Assembly: GCA_000004695.1 (NCBI GenBank)
Contig: CM000151.3
Span: forward strand, 8,416,001-8,480,000
From: Dictyostelium discoideum
Taxonomy: Eukaryota
DNA length: 64,000 bases
Direction of reading: 5' to 3'
Shown here: positions 32,576-47,188 of the stretch, one piece after another
Layout of the letters: the number at the start of each line of letters is the position of its first letter
Numbering within the stretch: position 1 is the stretch's first letter
Position numbers and translations under genes: made by a program
The notes under the pieces: generated by a model
Told to the model about the DNA's origin: nothing
The model's database searches: none
What the model saw: only the letters and a program-made list of their open reading frames with translations

Positions 32576-34435
32576 TTAATGAGTTTTTGGAATTACTTTT
32601 GAAACTTTTTCAATTAAAAGTTTGACAACTTCAGGTTCAGCTAAAGTTGAAATATCACCTAATTGTTCAGCAGAAGATTCATGACAACCAATTTTTCTAA
32701 GAATTCTTCTCATAATTTTACCACTACGAGTTTTTGGAAGTGAAGGTGTTATAACAATTACATCAGGTGTTGCAAATGGACCAATTACATTTCTAACTTC
32801 TTTTTTTAACATCATAATAACATTTGATTCATCCTCTTGATAACCTTCTTTGAGTGTACAAAATGCTAAAATACCTTGACCTTTGATATCATGAGGATAA
32901 CCAACAACGGCAGCCTCTGCACAAATTGAACAACCAACGAGGGCACTCTCTAATTCAGCAGTACCTAATCTATGACCACTAACATTGATAACATCATCTA
33001 CTCTACCTTCGATCCAATAATAACCATCAGAGTCAAGTTTTACACCATCACCAGTGAAATAGTGACCTTTATATTGAGTCATATAAGTTTGAAGATAACG
33101 ACCATGAGAACGATAAACTGAACGAGCAATACCTGGCCAAGGTTTAGAGATTGCCAATACACCAGAAATTTCTTTACAACCATTGATATCGGGATTAATA
33201 TATAAACGTTCACCAGTTTTTGAGTCTAAAACTTGTAATTCTATACCAAAGAAAGGTTTAGTTGCTGAACCAGGTTTAGTTGAAGTAACACCAGGTAATG
33301 GAGTAATTAAATGACCACCACTTTCAGTTTGCCAATAGGTATCAACGATTGCACAACGACCTTCACCAACGTTTGTATTGAACCATCTCCAGGCTTCAGG
33401 ATTAATTGGTTCACCGACTGAACCTAAAACTCTAAGGGATGATTTATCGGATTGTTGAGTAAATGATATTGGGAATTTCATTAGTGAACGAATTGCAGTT
33501 GGTGCTGTATAGAATTGAGTGATTTTATGACGTTGTACCATTTCCCAATAACGTGCTGGAGTTGGATAAAGAGGAGTACCCTCAAAGATAAAAGTTGTTG
33601 CACCATTTGCCAATGGACCATAAACGATATAACTATGACCTGTAATCCAACCAACATCAGCCATACAAGCATAAACATCGGAATCGTGATAATCGAAAAC
33701 ATAACGATGAGTCATTGCGGCGTATAGTAGATAACCAGCCTGAGTATGTACTAAACCCTTTGGTGTACCAGTGCTACCACTTGTGTAAAGGATAAATAAG
33801 GGATCTTCTGAATCTAACCAAACTGGTGGACAATATGGACGATGATCCAACATTGCTTCATCTGCCCAAATATCAATTGATGGATTAAATGTAATTGTTG
33901 GTCTACCTGTATTTTTAAAAACAAGTACATGTTGTACCAATTTGCAATGTTGAACAACTTGATCAATCTTTTCTTTTAGTGGTATATATCTACCACCTCT
34001 TAAACCTTCATCAGCCGTTATGATCACTCTACATTTTGCATCATGAACACGTGAAACAATGGATTCATAACCAAATCCTGCAAAAATAACTGAATGAATT
34101 GCTCCAATTCTAGCGCATGCTAACATTGAATAAATGGCGGTTGGTGTGTTTGGTAGATAGATCGCTACCGTATCTCCTTTACCAACGCCAAGTGATATCA
34201 AAAGATTTGATAATCTACAAACCTCTTCAAACATCTCTCTATATGTAACTTTTTTAACCATTGTTTCTTCATCACCTTCAAATAGTATTGCAACTTTATC
34301 TGCATTCTCTTTTAAATGTCTATCGATACAATTATATGAAACATTAATTTTACCATTTAAAAACCATGAAATATCACCTTTTTCGAATGATCTAAAATAA
34401 TTATTAAAAAATAATTGAAAATTAAAAAAATTTTT

Positions 34436-34473
<38 letters not shown>

Positions 34474-34702
34474 CTTTTAATAATTACCCATGTTGAACAG
34501 TTGTATAATCAGAAAACCAAGTTAAAAATTCTTTAGCTTTTTTATCCCAAAATTGATTTGGTGATTCAATACTTTCTTTATACATTTCATTATATTGTTC
34601 TACTGATGATATATGACATTTTGTACTAAAAGAAGGTGGTGGATATAGTAATTTTTGTTGTTCTTCTTGTACTGTTTCTTTTTCTGTAATTTGCATGTTC
34701 AA
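32576..34702 (-). CDS. acsA: Acetyl-CoA synthetase (AMP-forming). Model complement(join(32576..34391,34488..34702)).
   Basis: Exon 1 (34702..34488) encodes the conserved N-terminus ...YNEMYKESIESPNQFWDKKAKEFLTWF...VQHG. Donor GG|GTAATT, a 95-nt intron, and acceptor TTTTAG lead into SFEKGDISWFLNGKINVSYNCIDRHL... and the large exon carrying YTSGSTGTPKG and the rest of the adenylate-forming fold. Confidence 0.9.
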
Positions 34703-35914
34703 CTATCTTAATTTTGAGAAAATTAAAAAGTTTTTTTTTTTTTTATATAAAAACAAAAATTAAAAAATTAATAAAATGAGATTGAAATTAAAAACCCAAG
34801 ATTTTTTTTTTGAAAAAATTAAAAAAAATAAAAAAAAATAAAAAAAAAATAAATAATAAAAAATGTTTAATATTTCCCAACCTATCGGCCTGGTAATTTC
34901 AAAAAAAAAAAATTAATTGAAGGTAATAAAATAAATTTTACAAAATGAAATAATTCAAAAAAAAAAAAAAAAAATTAATGTTTATTAATAGTATAAATTA
35001 TTTTAGTTATTCTTTTGTCTCCTATATATATATACAAAAGAAACAATTGGTGATGGAATCAAATATATGGTAGAATCGAAGAAAAAAAAAAAAAAAAACA
35101 GTTTGTTTAAAATATTAAATTTTTTTTTTCTTTTTTTTTTTTTTTCTTTTCAAACCCATTTGTAAAAAAAAAAAGTAATAATTAGTAAATAAATTAAAAT
35201 CCCAATTCAACAAAAATTAATAAAATAAATCCCTAGGATTTATTGAAATATTTCCAAAAATAAAATTAAAATAAAATAAAATGATTGCTTATATTATTAC
35301 TATTTTTTTTTTTTTTTCTTTTTTTCTTATTACTTTTTATCTTTTTTTACCTTTTTTCTTATATGTCTTATCTTTTTAAAAATATAAAAATTAAAAAATA
35401 AAAATAATAATAAAAAAGATAATTTAAATATATTTTCCGATAATTACTTTATTGTATATTTATTTTTTCACTATTCCCTTGAATGAAAAAAAATCCATAA
35501 AAAAATTAATTCACTAGTTTTTTAATTTCTTTAATTTAACAATAATATTATTCAATATTAATATTATAAATTGTCTTAAATAAAATTTTTTATTTAATGT
35601 TTCAAATATATTAAATATTTTGTTGTAATTAAATTTTTAAAAATTGAAAAAAAAAAAAAAAAACATTATTTTATAGATTATCTATTAATTTCTAAAAATA
35701 AAAATAAAGATAGTTCAAAACATAATATTCAACTATCATTATTTAAGTGTTTGATTTTCTTTTTTTATTTTATTTTTATTTTTATTTTTATTTTTACTTT
35801 ATTTTTTTTAATTTTTATTTTATTTTTATTTTTTTTTATTTTTTTTTATTTTTTTTTTTTTTTTACTGTATCCCAAGTATTTTATTTTTTATTTACATTT
35901 TTTCAGTTTAAAAA

Positions 35915-36451
35915 ATGAGTGATGACGAAGACGATATTAATTTATATATAACAAGGTCAAAAAATAATGAAAACAAAAAAACTAATAAAAATAGACTTAT
36001 AGATAATAATATACAGAAAACAAAAACAACAACAGCAGTATTAACAACAAGAACAACAACAACAACAACTACAACAACTGCTTCTACACAACTAAAATGG
36101 GATTATGGCGATGAAGACGATGATGATTATTCAGCACCAAAAGATATAGATGAAGAGCAGTCAAGTAAACAATTTAATTATCAAAATAATCAAATTGTTG
36201 TCAAACAAGACCATGATGATTATTCAGCACCAAAAGATATGGATGAAGAGCAATCAAGTAGACAATTTAATTATCAAAATGACCAAACTCTTGTCAAACA
36301 AGATGATGATCATGATGACTATAATGAACCAAAAGATATTGATTCACAATCATTAATCGATGAAGATTGTGATTTTGAATTTGACAATAGTGATTTCTTT
36401 TTTGATGACGGAACAACAAATAATAATGATAATAATAATAAAAATAATAAA

Positions 36452-36493
<42 letters not shown>

Positions 36494-38324
36494 TATAATA
36501 ATAATAATAATAAAAATTATAAAAGAAAATACTATCAAAGCTATAATAATAGTAATAATATTAATAATAATAATAATAATAATAATGATAAATTTGAAAA
36601 AAGGTTATCGGATTTAAAAAAGACAGGTAAAGAAGAAGCAAAGAAAAGAGGATATCAAGTACGAAAAACACCAACAAAAGAGAAAAAGATACCACCATCA
36701 TTTAAAGTTATTGATGGTACTAATTTTTTAGTTGATGGTTTTCAATATAAATCTGAAGATTTTACTCATTATTTTTTGTATTTATTTGATTTTTAAATGA
36801 AAAAAAAAAAGAAAAAAAAAAAAAAAAAAGATAAAAATAAAAATTAATTAAATTAAAATTTAAAATTTAAAATTTAAAATTTAGGACACATTTTCATTCA
36901 GATCATTATGTTGGTATTACAAAGACATGGTCATTTGGTAATATTTATTGCACAGAAGAAACAGGTAAATTAGTTTCACACAAGTTAGGAGTTGATCAAC
37001 GTTATATTGTTAAATGTGAATGGAATAAATTAATAGAGATTCAAGGTGTTAAGGTTGCATTTTTAGATTCAAATCATTGTCCAGGTTCAGCATTAATTCT
37101 TTTCATTATACCATTAAGAAATAAAGATGGTGAAATCATTGGCGAGGAGAGTATTTTACATACTGGTGATTTTAGATATAATCAATCAATGAATAATTAT
37201 CCATTATTAAAAGGTAGAACTATAAGTAAACTTTATTTAGATAATACTTATTGTGATCCACAATATGTTTTCCCACCACAACCTGAAATCATTAAACAAG
37301 TTGCATCAATTGTTAGAAAAGAAAATGATGGTGAAACCTTATTCTTATTTGGTACTTATGTCATTGGAAAAGAGAGAATATTATTAGAGATTGCAAAACA
37401 AGAGGGTAAACCAGTACATGTTTCAAATGAAAAATATGCAATACTCTGTTGTTTATCAACTTGTTTAGATATTAATAAATTCACTACAAATGAATTAATT
37501 ACACCATTTCGTGCTGTAACAATGTCAATGTTATCCTATCATAATATGCTATCATTATTAGATTCAAGTAATAATAAATATAAAAGAGTAATTGGTTTTC
37601 GTCCAACTGGTTGGACTCAAGCAAAGAAATCAATAACTTATCTCAATAGAGGTCCAACAACTTTTTATAGTGTAGCTTATAGTGAACATAGTTCTTTTAA
37701 TGAATTAAGAGATTGTATTGATCATTTTAGACCAACTCAAATTATTCCAACTGTTGATTGTGATTCACCAATTAAAGTTAAAGTAAGTTTTTTTTTTTTT
37801 ATATTTATATTTATATTTTTTTTTTAATTATATTTTAAAAATAATTTTAAATTATTATTTTAAATAATAAAAAAATATTATTTTTATTATTATTTAATAA
37901 TTAAATTATTAATTTTTCTTTTCCTTCATACAGAATATATTAGCACATTTTTCAGATTTATATGAAAAAAAGAAACAACTTACAATTGCTTCATTCTTTT
38001 CAGCACAGCCAGTTACGAATTTCTTTCAATCATTTTTTAAATCAAAATCAGAACCAATTATTGATGAAGATAATAAAAAATTAATACCAATTACCACTAC
38101 TACAACTACCAATATAAATACATTAACAGCTACAGATACAACTACAACAAAAATAAAAACATCAAATACACTCATTAAAGACGAATTTACTGATGATTTA
38201 ATATGGGATTGTTCTGATGATTTAATTAGTGATCGTAAATTGTTAACACAAAGTGATAATAGTTCAGCATTATGTAAAATTGAAAAAGAAGAAAATTTTA
38301 ATGATTTATCTGAAAATAATAATA

Positions 38325-38408
<84 letters not shown>

Positions 38409-38935
38409 TAATTATAGAAAATGATATAAAAGAAGAAATTATAGATTTTGATGATCCAGTTTTCATTAGTCAACAAAAATGGATTGAAAAACAAATTTAT
38501 AATAATAATAATAATAGTAATAATAATAATTTTACAACACCTACTAAAACAAATGGAAATCTTAGTAATAATGCAAAATTAAACTTAACACCAACACAAA
38601 CACAAACACAAACACCAACACAAAATAATAAAAAACAAAAAACAACCAACGTATCTCCAACATCTTACAATTCAAATAATAGCTCGCAACAAAGTGGTTT
38701 GAAAAGAAGTAAATCTGATCCAAATGTAAAAAAAAATCAATTACAAACTTCTCAACCACCATCACAATCTTTAATTACTTCTTTTTTTCAAAAATGTGCA
38801 TCTCCTACTTCTTTATTTTCGGCAACACCACCAACACCATCAATAACAACAACATCAAACCAATCCACTAAAAATAAAAATTCTACAACAACTACTTCTA
38901 CCTCTACATCTAACAATAAACCTTTTAAAAATTGA
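35915..38935 (+). CDS. dclre1: DNA cross-link repair 1 (SNM1/PSO2/DCLRE1) metallo-beta-lactamase/beta-CASP nuclease. Model join(35915..36777,36885..37782,37934..38935).
   Basis: Exon 1 ends ...[18 protein letters not shown]. Exon 2 begins [13 protein letters not shown], the SNM1 hallmark HxHxDH, and runs through the beta-CASP region ([23 protein letters not shown]). Donors GTATTT at 36778 and GTAAGT at 37783, with acceptors at 36883-36884 and 37932-37933, restore the frames. Exon 3 is low-complexity and joins ORF 38240..38935. Confidence 0.8.
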
Positions 38936-39513
38936 AATAATAGTCACAACCATAATAATATTTATATAATTATCATTTATTAATTTAAAATGATACACCT
39001 ATATAAATAAAATACAACCAATAATAAAATAGTTATAATAATTAATTTAAAACTCAACCACTATATTAATTCATTTAAATTTATTTATTTATTTAGTTTT
39101 ATTTATTTATTTTTTTATTTTATATATTATTTCTTTTTATTTTTTTATTTGATACCATATAATTAATATTACCGAGGTAGAGATAAAATTTAATATTTTA
39201 TATAAATGACAATTATGGTTTTTTTTTTTTTTTAATTTTAACCCACATACTAAAATTGAATAATGTATAAATACAAAAATCTATAAAAATTAATAAAAGG
39301 TTATACCAAATTGATTTACATAATATTTATCATCATCATCATCATCACCACCATTAATATAATTATTATCAATATTATTTATTAATTAAAATTATTTAAA
39401 GTTTTTATTTCATTTTACTAAAAACTAATTATTCACCCCATAAAAAATAATAAAAATTAAATAAAAAAAATAATAATAAAAAAAAAAAAAAAATAATTAA
39501 TCCACATGGGTTT

Positions 39514-39537
39514 AAGGTGTGTGGGTGTGAATGTAGT
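39514..39537 (+). promoter_or_regulatory. GT-rich G-box-like element (candidate GBF-type developmental regulatory site), about 570 bp upstream of the 40100 gene.
   Basis: The sequence ggtgtgtgggtgtgaatgtagtgt is an isolated G/T-rich island in an otherwise >85% A+T spacer. It resembles the G-box/CA-element (TGTGTGGGTGTG-like) class bound by G-box binding factor in Dictyostelium post-aggregative promoters. Any function is inference. Confidence 0.25.
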
Positions 39538-39563
39538 GTAAAATTAGATATAAATAAATTTTG

Positions 39564-39594
<31 letters not shown>

Positions 39595-40099
39595 TTAATA
39601 AATAAATAAATAAATGATTATTTACTATTGTTGTTTATAAAAAATATATATTGGTTAATGTGAACATAAAAGTATTAATCGTTAACCCCTTTTTTTAAAA
39701 TCAAATGAGCCCGTTTCTAAAAAAAATTCTTTTTATATTATAACTGGGAAATGTGTCAATGTACAAAATATCTAATAATTTATTTTTTTAAATAAAAATT
39801 GTATTAATATACAAATTTATAAAGAAAATTGTAAAAATGATCATTTTTTAATTATAATATACATAAAAAAATATCTATTTTTTTTTATTTTTTTTTTAAA
39901 AAAAAAACATATTTAAATAATTTTTAAAATCTTTTTTTTTCATTAAATAATTAATCAATTAAATAAATAATAATAATAATAATAATAATATAAATAATTT
40001 CAATTTATTAAATAAAAAATTTTCAATTTAAAATAAATTAATAAAAAAAAAAAAAGACAATAATTATTTTTTAAATAATAATAAAAAAAAAAAAAAAAA

Positions 40100-41227
40100 A
40101 TGAAATTATTATTAATTCTAATAATTGGATTTTTAGGTAGTTTATTAATTAATAACTATGGAGTTTTATCAACAGAAATTTGTACTAATGGTATTGATCA
40201 AGTTATTTATGATGATCAATTAGGATATACAGTTAGTGATTGGTCATGGGCAAAACCAAGAAATTTTACAAATTTCAAACCAGTTCATAGTGGTAGTTAT
40301 TCAATTTCATTTGTTCCAAAGACTTATGAAGCAATTTATTTAAATCTTCAAAATCCAATTGATCCATCAATTATTTCATCTGTTAGTTTTTGGGTACATG
40401 GTAACAAAGTTGGCAATCAAAAGGTAATTGTTCGTTTCACTTCTAATAAGGTTGCAGTATCAAGAGACTTTTTCTTATGGGGTGATGAATCAATTATTCT
40501 TTCAGATCCAAGTGTTTCTTCAAAAGCTTTAAGTAAAAATATTCAAGCTGGTAAATGGGTAAATGCAGTTATCAATTGTGATAAACTTGAACCAGGTCAA
40601 TATGATGGTATTCAAATTGCTGCATCTGGTGAAGATGTTCAAGAGATGGTTTTCATTGATGATATTGAAGTAAACAAAAGATGCATTTCAACTAATCCAT
40701 ATAGAAATTTAATGAAACCAGTTTCATGTGATGGTCATGATTGTATTGTCATCAATGTAACAGAGACAAGTAGTCAAATGAGATGGTTTGCCAATGAAAT
40801 TGAATACCAAAAGTATACAGTTACAATGAAAAATACAAATAACGCTGCAGTCGAAGTATTGGAATTTACTGGTGGTTGGTTTAAACCAAGAAATTCAAGT
40901 GATATTTGGAATGTTGCTTTCCTTGAAGGTGGTTACTATGGTCTTCCAGATAATGTTAAAGTAATTTATCCAGGTCAAGAATATATCTTTGGTTGTGTTT
41001 CAATTAAAGGTCCAGTATCTTTCAAAGTAAGTTATGTTGAATATGAAAATGACAAAGATCGTCTAACCAATTCAAAACCAATTGAAAGTAATTCAAAACC
41101 ACCAGTTAAAACTCCAACTGTAAAACCAACAGTAAAACCAACTATTAAACCAACTATAAAACCAACTTCAAAACCAACTACAAAACCAACTACAAAACCA
41201 ACTACAAAAACTCTTGTTTCTGCTTAA
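40100..41227 (+). CDS. Secreted protein with a beta-sandwich, carbohydrate-binding-module-like N-domain and a C-terminal (K/T)PT-repeat linker tail.
   Basis: Signal peptide MKLLLILIIGFLGSLLINNYG. Trp/Tyr-rich domains (VSDWSWAKPRNF, SISFVPKTYEAIYLNL, SSVSFWVHGN). Tail VKTPTVKPTVKPTIKPTIKPTSKPTTKPTTKPTTKT is typical of linkers in Dictyostelium extracellular-matrix and cellulose-binding proteins. The domain call is inference. Confidence 0.55.
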   Translation: MKLLLILIIGFLGSLLINNYGVLSTEICTNGIDQVIYDDQLGYTVSDWSWAKPRNFTNFKPVHSGSYSISFVPKTYEAIYLNLQNPIDPSIISSVSFWVHGNKVGNQKVIVRFTSNKVAVSRDFFLWGDESIILSDPSVSSKALSKNIQAGKWVNAVINCDKLEPGQYDGIQIAASGEDVQEMVFIDDIEVNKRCISTNPYRNLMKPVSCDGHDCIVINVTETSSQMRWFANEIEYQKYTVTMKNTNNAAVEVLEFTGGWFKPRNSSDIWNVAFLEGGYYGLPDNVKVIYPGQEYIFGCVSIKGPVSFKVSYVEYENDKDRLTNSKPIESNSKPPVKTPTVKPTVKPTIKPTIKPTSKPTTKPTTKPTTKTLVSA

Positions 41228-41329
41228 TTAAATTATTAAACTTTATTCTTTTTTTTTTTTTTTAAAAAAAAAAAAATAATAATAATAATTTGTAATTAAT
41301 TACAAAACAAATAATAATTAATTAATTAG

Positions 41330-41363
<34 letters not shown>

Positions 41364-41938
41364 CTTAACTTATAATAAAAAAAAAATAAATAAATAAATA
41401 AAAACTTTTTAATTTAATTCAACTTTAATTTTTTATTAATTTTTTTCTAAATAATTGAATTTTTCTAAATCTAATTTATATCTAAACATAATTGTTTTAA
41501 ATCTTTTTTTTTTTTTTTAAAAAAAAATTAATAAGATTTTTTTTTTTTTTTTTTTCATTTTAAAATTAATACGATTTATATTTTTTAAAGTAATTACCTT
41601 TGATCTACCAAAACAAATGAAAAGTTTGAATTTAATTTTTCTCATTTTACTTTTGAAGCTCATTTTATTTCTTTCTTTCTCTTTGTTATTTATACAAAAT
41701 AATAATATTTGTTTGAGAGTAAAATAAAAAATAATAAAAATGAAAAAAAAAAAAAAAAAAAAAAATTATAAAACAAAAACAGAACTTTTGGTCATCAGTG
41801 AAAAAATCTGCAAAAAATTAATTATTGTTTGGAAGTTTCAGACCCTAATTTTTTTTTTTTATTATTTTTTAATTTTTTTTTTATTTTTTATTTTTTTTTA
41901 TTTTTATAATTTTTTTCAGATTATTGCTAAAAATTTAA

Positions 41939-43054
<1,116 letters not shown>

Positions 43055-43160
43055 AAAAAAAAAAAAAAAAAAAAATAATAATAATAAAATTAAAATTGTA
43101 TATAAATTAAAATAATATTTTTGTTTTTATTTTATTTTATTTTATTTTATTTTATTTAAT

Positions 43161-44796
43161 TTAATAAAAGAATCTACCAATTGTACCATCTGGATAAATA
43201 AAAGGGAATTTAATGAAAATAAAAATTGTAATAAAATTAATTAAAATAAAATATAAAATATCTAAAACTATTAATTGATTAACTCTTTTAAAATTTAATT
43301 TCTTTCCTCGCATAGTTTTACTTTGTATGATGAAATTATTATAATAATGAAATTGATTTAATTGGAATAAAAAGAAAGGTACAATATAATATCTTGGTTC
43401 AACCAATGGACTTGGTAGTAAAACCATTGCAGTTGATAGGAAATAGAAAATACACCAAAGTTTTGATCTATTCTCGGAGAGTACTTTCCAAATGAACCAA
43501 ATACTATAACAATAGAATGGAATTGGTAAATAACGGCCAATGCTATACTTTTCAATAAATCTATTCCAAATATAAAATGTATAATGTCTATTATCAGATA
43601 ACAAAAATAAATGAGTATATGTAAATTTCCAAATCATTAAAACCATACCAATAATTATCACTATTAAATATTTAAAATTAATATTTTTTAAAAATTCAAT
43701 TGGATCATATAGAAGAATCTTCTTTTCATTTTCATTTTGATTTCCTTCATTTTGATTTCCAAATCTCTTTAATAATGATGATATTAAAATTGATGGTAAT
43801 GAAAATAACATTGTTATTAATGAAAAATAAAATAATTGTGATACATGAAATGATGATTCATGATTACTCTTATCACCAACTACAATACTACCATTATAAT
43901 AAAGAAATATTAAAAATAATATTCCAACCATTATAAATCCAATGAATTTCTTAATTATTAATAATAAATTGAAAATTGAAAATTTAATAAATTCTATAAT
44001 ATCTTTAATTAAATTTAACTCTTTAAATATATAATTTTGTTTTTCTTTATTTTCTTCATATAATTTTAAAATATTATTAATTGTAATAAAAAATACCCAA
44101 ATTATATTTGTTTGTCTAATCGTAACACTAATTAATCCAAACTTTTATATAGAATTAAAAATAAAAAAAATAAATTAAAAAATTAATATATATATAAATT
44201 TTGTTTTTTTTTTTTTTTTTAAATATAAGAAAATAATTACAAATGAAGATAAATTAAATTTATTTTTTAAAGAAAATAATAATGTTAAAAATATTGAACA
44301 AGTTGAAACTACATCTGTATAAAATAAAAAGTGAAAAAAATAAAAAATAGGGAATATTGATAAATGGATTGTTCTTAAAATGATTGTATTATTAATTGAA
44401 TTTTTATTTTCTATCACTTCTTTTTGATTAATTTTTAATGATGATAATGATGATGCTGGTGATAATAATAGATTATAGGTTGAAATTTTCAAAATTTCAT
44501 AAATTGAAAAAAAAGTTATTATCAAACAAAATACATTGAATGATCTTAATACAACTACTGAACAATGTGATATCCATATACCATCACCAATACCAAACAT
44601 TGATAATATATTTGAATAAATTAATGCTAAAATATATAAACCTGGTAATGTCGTTATTTTATTATCCCATTCTTTAAATTTAAATTCACAATATTTAATA
44701 GTTTGTGGTATATGAAATATTTCATCCTTTTATTTTTAATTTAAATTAAGAAAATATTAATATTTAAAAAAAAAAAAGATTTTCATTCATGTATTG

Positions 44797-44832
<36 letters not shown>

Positions 44833-44988
44833 TAATTTCAAAAACAAACACTTACAACATATGGTTCAATTTGATTGGAATTTATAATTTTTAGAATAGA
44901 CAATGATATTATCATTATAATACCAATTACTTTACAAATTTTAAGTACATCATTTTGAATGCTTTGTAATTTATTCATCTTTTTAAAA
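43161..44988 (-). CDS. alg10: ALG10 (DIE2) dolichyl-P-Glc:Glc2Man9GlcNAc2-PP-dolichol alpha-1,2-glucosyltransferase. Model complement(join(43161..44141,44241..44726,44866..44988)).
   Basis: Exon 1 MNKLQSIQND...NQIEPYV, then exon 2 DEIFHIPQTIKYCEFKFKEWDNKITTLPGLYIL (ALG10 signature YIDExFHxxQ...WDPKITTPPGLY). Exon 3 carries FGLISVTIRQTNIIW, GDKSNHESSFHVSQLFYF, LLSDNRHYTFYIWNRFI and PSPLVEPRYYIVPFF, all matching yeast Alg10 blocks. Donors are GTAAGT at 44865-44864 and GTAATT at 44240-44239 on the minus strand. Confidence 0.85.
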
Positions 44989-44994
44989 AATTTA

Positions 44995-45038
<44 letters not shown>

Positions 45039-45043
45039 AAACT

Positions 45044-45075
<32 letters not shown>

Positions 45076-45140
45076 CAAAAATTAAATTTCTAAAATAATA
45101 ATTTTGATAATATCCATATTGTTATATTTTTTTCATCAGT

Positions 45141-45300
45141 CAACTAGTAATTATCCTTCTAAAATCATATATAAAGAGAATTGTTGACAATGGTTCAAAG
45201 GTAAATGGGCAGCACAAAGAGAATTTTCCATTCATATAAAGAAAGAAGATTCAACTAAAATTACCGAGACAATGGGTGAATCAACTAATGAGGAGAGTAT
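45141..45300 (+). other. Degenerate 160-bp duplicated fragment of the family-A DNA polymerase gene (source 20930..21105), lying in an intergenic spacer.
   Basis: caactagtaattatccttctaaaatcatatataaagagaattgttgacaatggttcaaaggtaaatgggcagcacaaagagaattttc...gattcaactaaaattaccgagacaatgggtgaatcaactaatgaggagagtat is about 88% identical to 20930..21105, with a 17-bp internal deletion. There is no ORF context. It lies between ALG10 and the sugar transporter. Confidence 0.8.
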
Positions 45301-45505
45301 ATAATTAAAGATTTATTGAACCTGAAGTTGATAAAATTTTTCAATTAAACACGTTGAAATATCACCTAATTTTTCACCAAAAGATCACATTTTCAAATAA
45401 TTTTAAAAAAATAAAATAAAAATAATATTAATAAATTTCAAAAGTTCAAAGAATGAATAATTTATAAATAAATATTTATTATTATCAAGATTAAAATTTT
45501 ATTTA

Positions 45506-47188
45506 TTAAGCTTGCATTTGAGCAGGTGGTAATTTACTTGAATTAATTTCGTTATTTTTTTCATTTTCTAATTCTTCAATTGTTTGTTCTAGTTGATCTT
45601 GTGGAATACTAATATCTTCAGTTGTATTTTTTGAAGTTCCCAATGATTTTGGTAAATTAAAGTATAAAAATATTGTACAAAATACACCAATTCCACCAAA
45701 AATCCAAAACATTGTTGATTGACCTAAATATTCTACGACTACCAAGAAAAAGAATGATAATATTGTATTAAAAGTCCATTGACATGCATTTATTACTGGT
45801 GCACCAATACTTTTACTGTCTTCTGGTAATATTTCATTTATAACAAACCAAAACTTTTTTTTTATTAAAATAATAAATAATAAATAATAGAAAATAATAA
45901 TTAATAATTAATAAAGATTTAAAAATTAAATAATTTAAATACTTACCAATGTTCCAATTGATGCTTCAAATGCACCAACGAAAATAAATAAAAATACAAT
46001 TGAAGACCATCCTTTTGCACTACCAGTTAATACAACAAAGAACAAAGCTATTAATAAATCACAAGTTGTCATTACAATTGATCCAGTAAAAAGTAAAACT
46101 CTTCTTCCAAGTTTATCAACTAAAAATATAGCAATTAATGTTGTTAATACATTCCATACTTGTAATGCAACTGATGCAATCTCTGGATTATTAATTCCTG
46201 CATCTTTAAAAATTGTATTTGAAAAATACATAAATGCATTTATACCTTTTAAAATTGTTTGGAAAAAAAAAAAAAAAAATTATAAAAATTAAAATAAATT
46301 TTTTAAAAAAAAAAAAAGTATATATATAAATAATTACCAGTTAATTGAGCCAAAGTTGCTAATAATACACCAACTAACATTGGTTTTCTCATTTTTTTTG
46401 AAAAAATAATTGTAAATTTAGTACCTTGGTTATTTTGTGGTTGAGTTTCAATTTGGTTTTCATTGCTTTCTTGATTTGTTGTTGTTGTTGTTTTTGCTGA
46501 TTTCTTTGCAAGAAAAACAGGAGATTCTGCAATTACAAACCAAACAAAAAACAATAAACCTCCTGGAATTGATCCCAAGCAAAACATTAATCTCCAATTA
46601 CCTTTAATAACATATGCTAAAATATTTGCAATTAAAATACCAACTGTAATTGATATCTTTATTTTTTTTAAAAAAAAAAAAAAAAAAATTAATAATTAAT
46701 AAAAAAATAATTAATTTATGTTTAAATTTAAAAATAATAACTACTTGAAAAAATGAACCAAATATTCCTCTTCTTTTAATTGGTACCATTTCGGCAACCA
46801 TTAATGGGCAAACACTTGATGAAGAGCCAACACCTAAACCATGGATAAATCTTAAAATACAAATAGTTGCGACATTTTCACCTAAACCTGATCCAATTGC
46901 ACCACAAATACATGTTAAAGCAGTAAATAGTAATAATGGTTTTCTACCAAATTTATTTGCAGCAAATCCACCTGCAAATGATCCAATTAAAGCACCAACT
47001 AAAATACTACAAACAATTACTCCTTTTATTACTGTTGATGTATTAAATTTAATTGCAATTGGGTCCAATGTACCAACAATAATACCAGTAGCATACCCAA
47101 ATACTAATCCACCCAAACAACTTTGAGTTACAATTAACCATGATTTATTAGAAATATTGTCTAAATATTTCATTTTTATTATTATCAA
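45506..47188 (-). CDS. MFS sugar (hexose/inositol-type) transporter. Model complement(join(45506..45853,45977..46245,46338..46656,46745..47188)).
   Basis: Four exons give GRKPLLLFTALTCICGAIG...RFIHGLGVGSSSSVCPLMVAEMVPIKRRG (sugar-transporter signature), then PESPVFLAKK, then GRRVLLFTGSIVMTTC and FWFVINEILPED (the GPIPWxxxxEIFP equivalent). The introns are 88, 92 and 123 nt with GTAGTT/GTAATT/GTAAGT donors and phases 0, 1 and 0. The start may be the second ATG at 47173. Confidence 0.8.

Noticed and set aside
33481-33727. Short ORFs on both strands inside acetyl-CoA synthetase.
   Set aside because: They are nested in a highly conserved CDS and are spurious.
36150-36617. ORFs 36150..36356, 36353..36538 and 36360..36617 within the SNM1 first exon.
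   Set aside because: They are alternative-frame or antisense reads of the 93-nt repeats and the (AAT)n tract.
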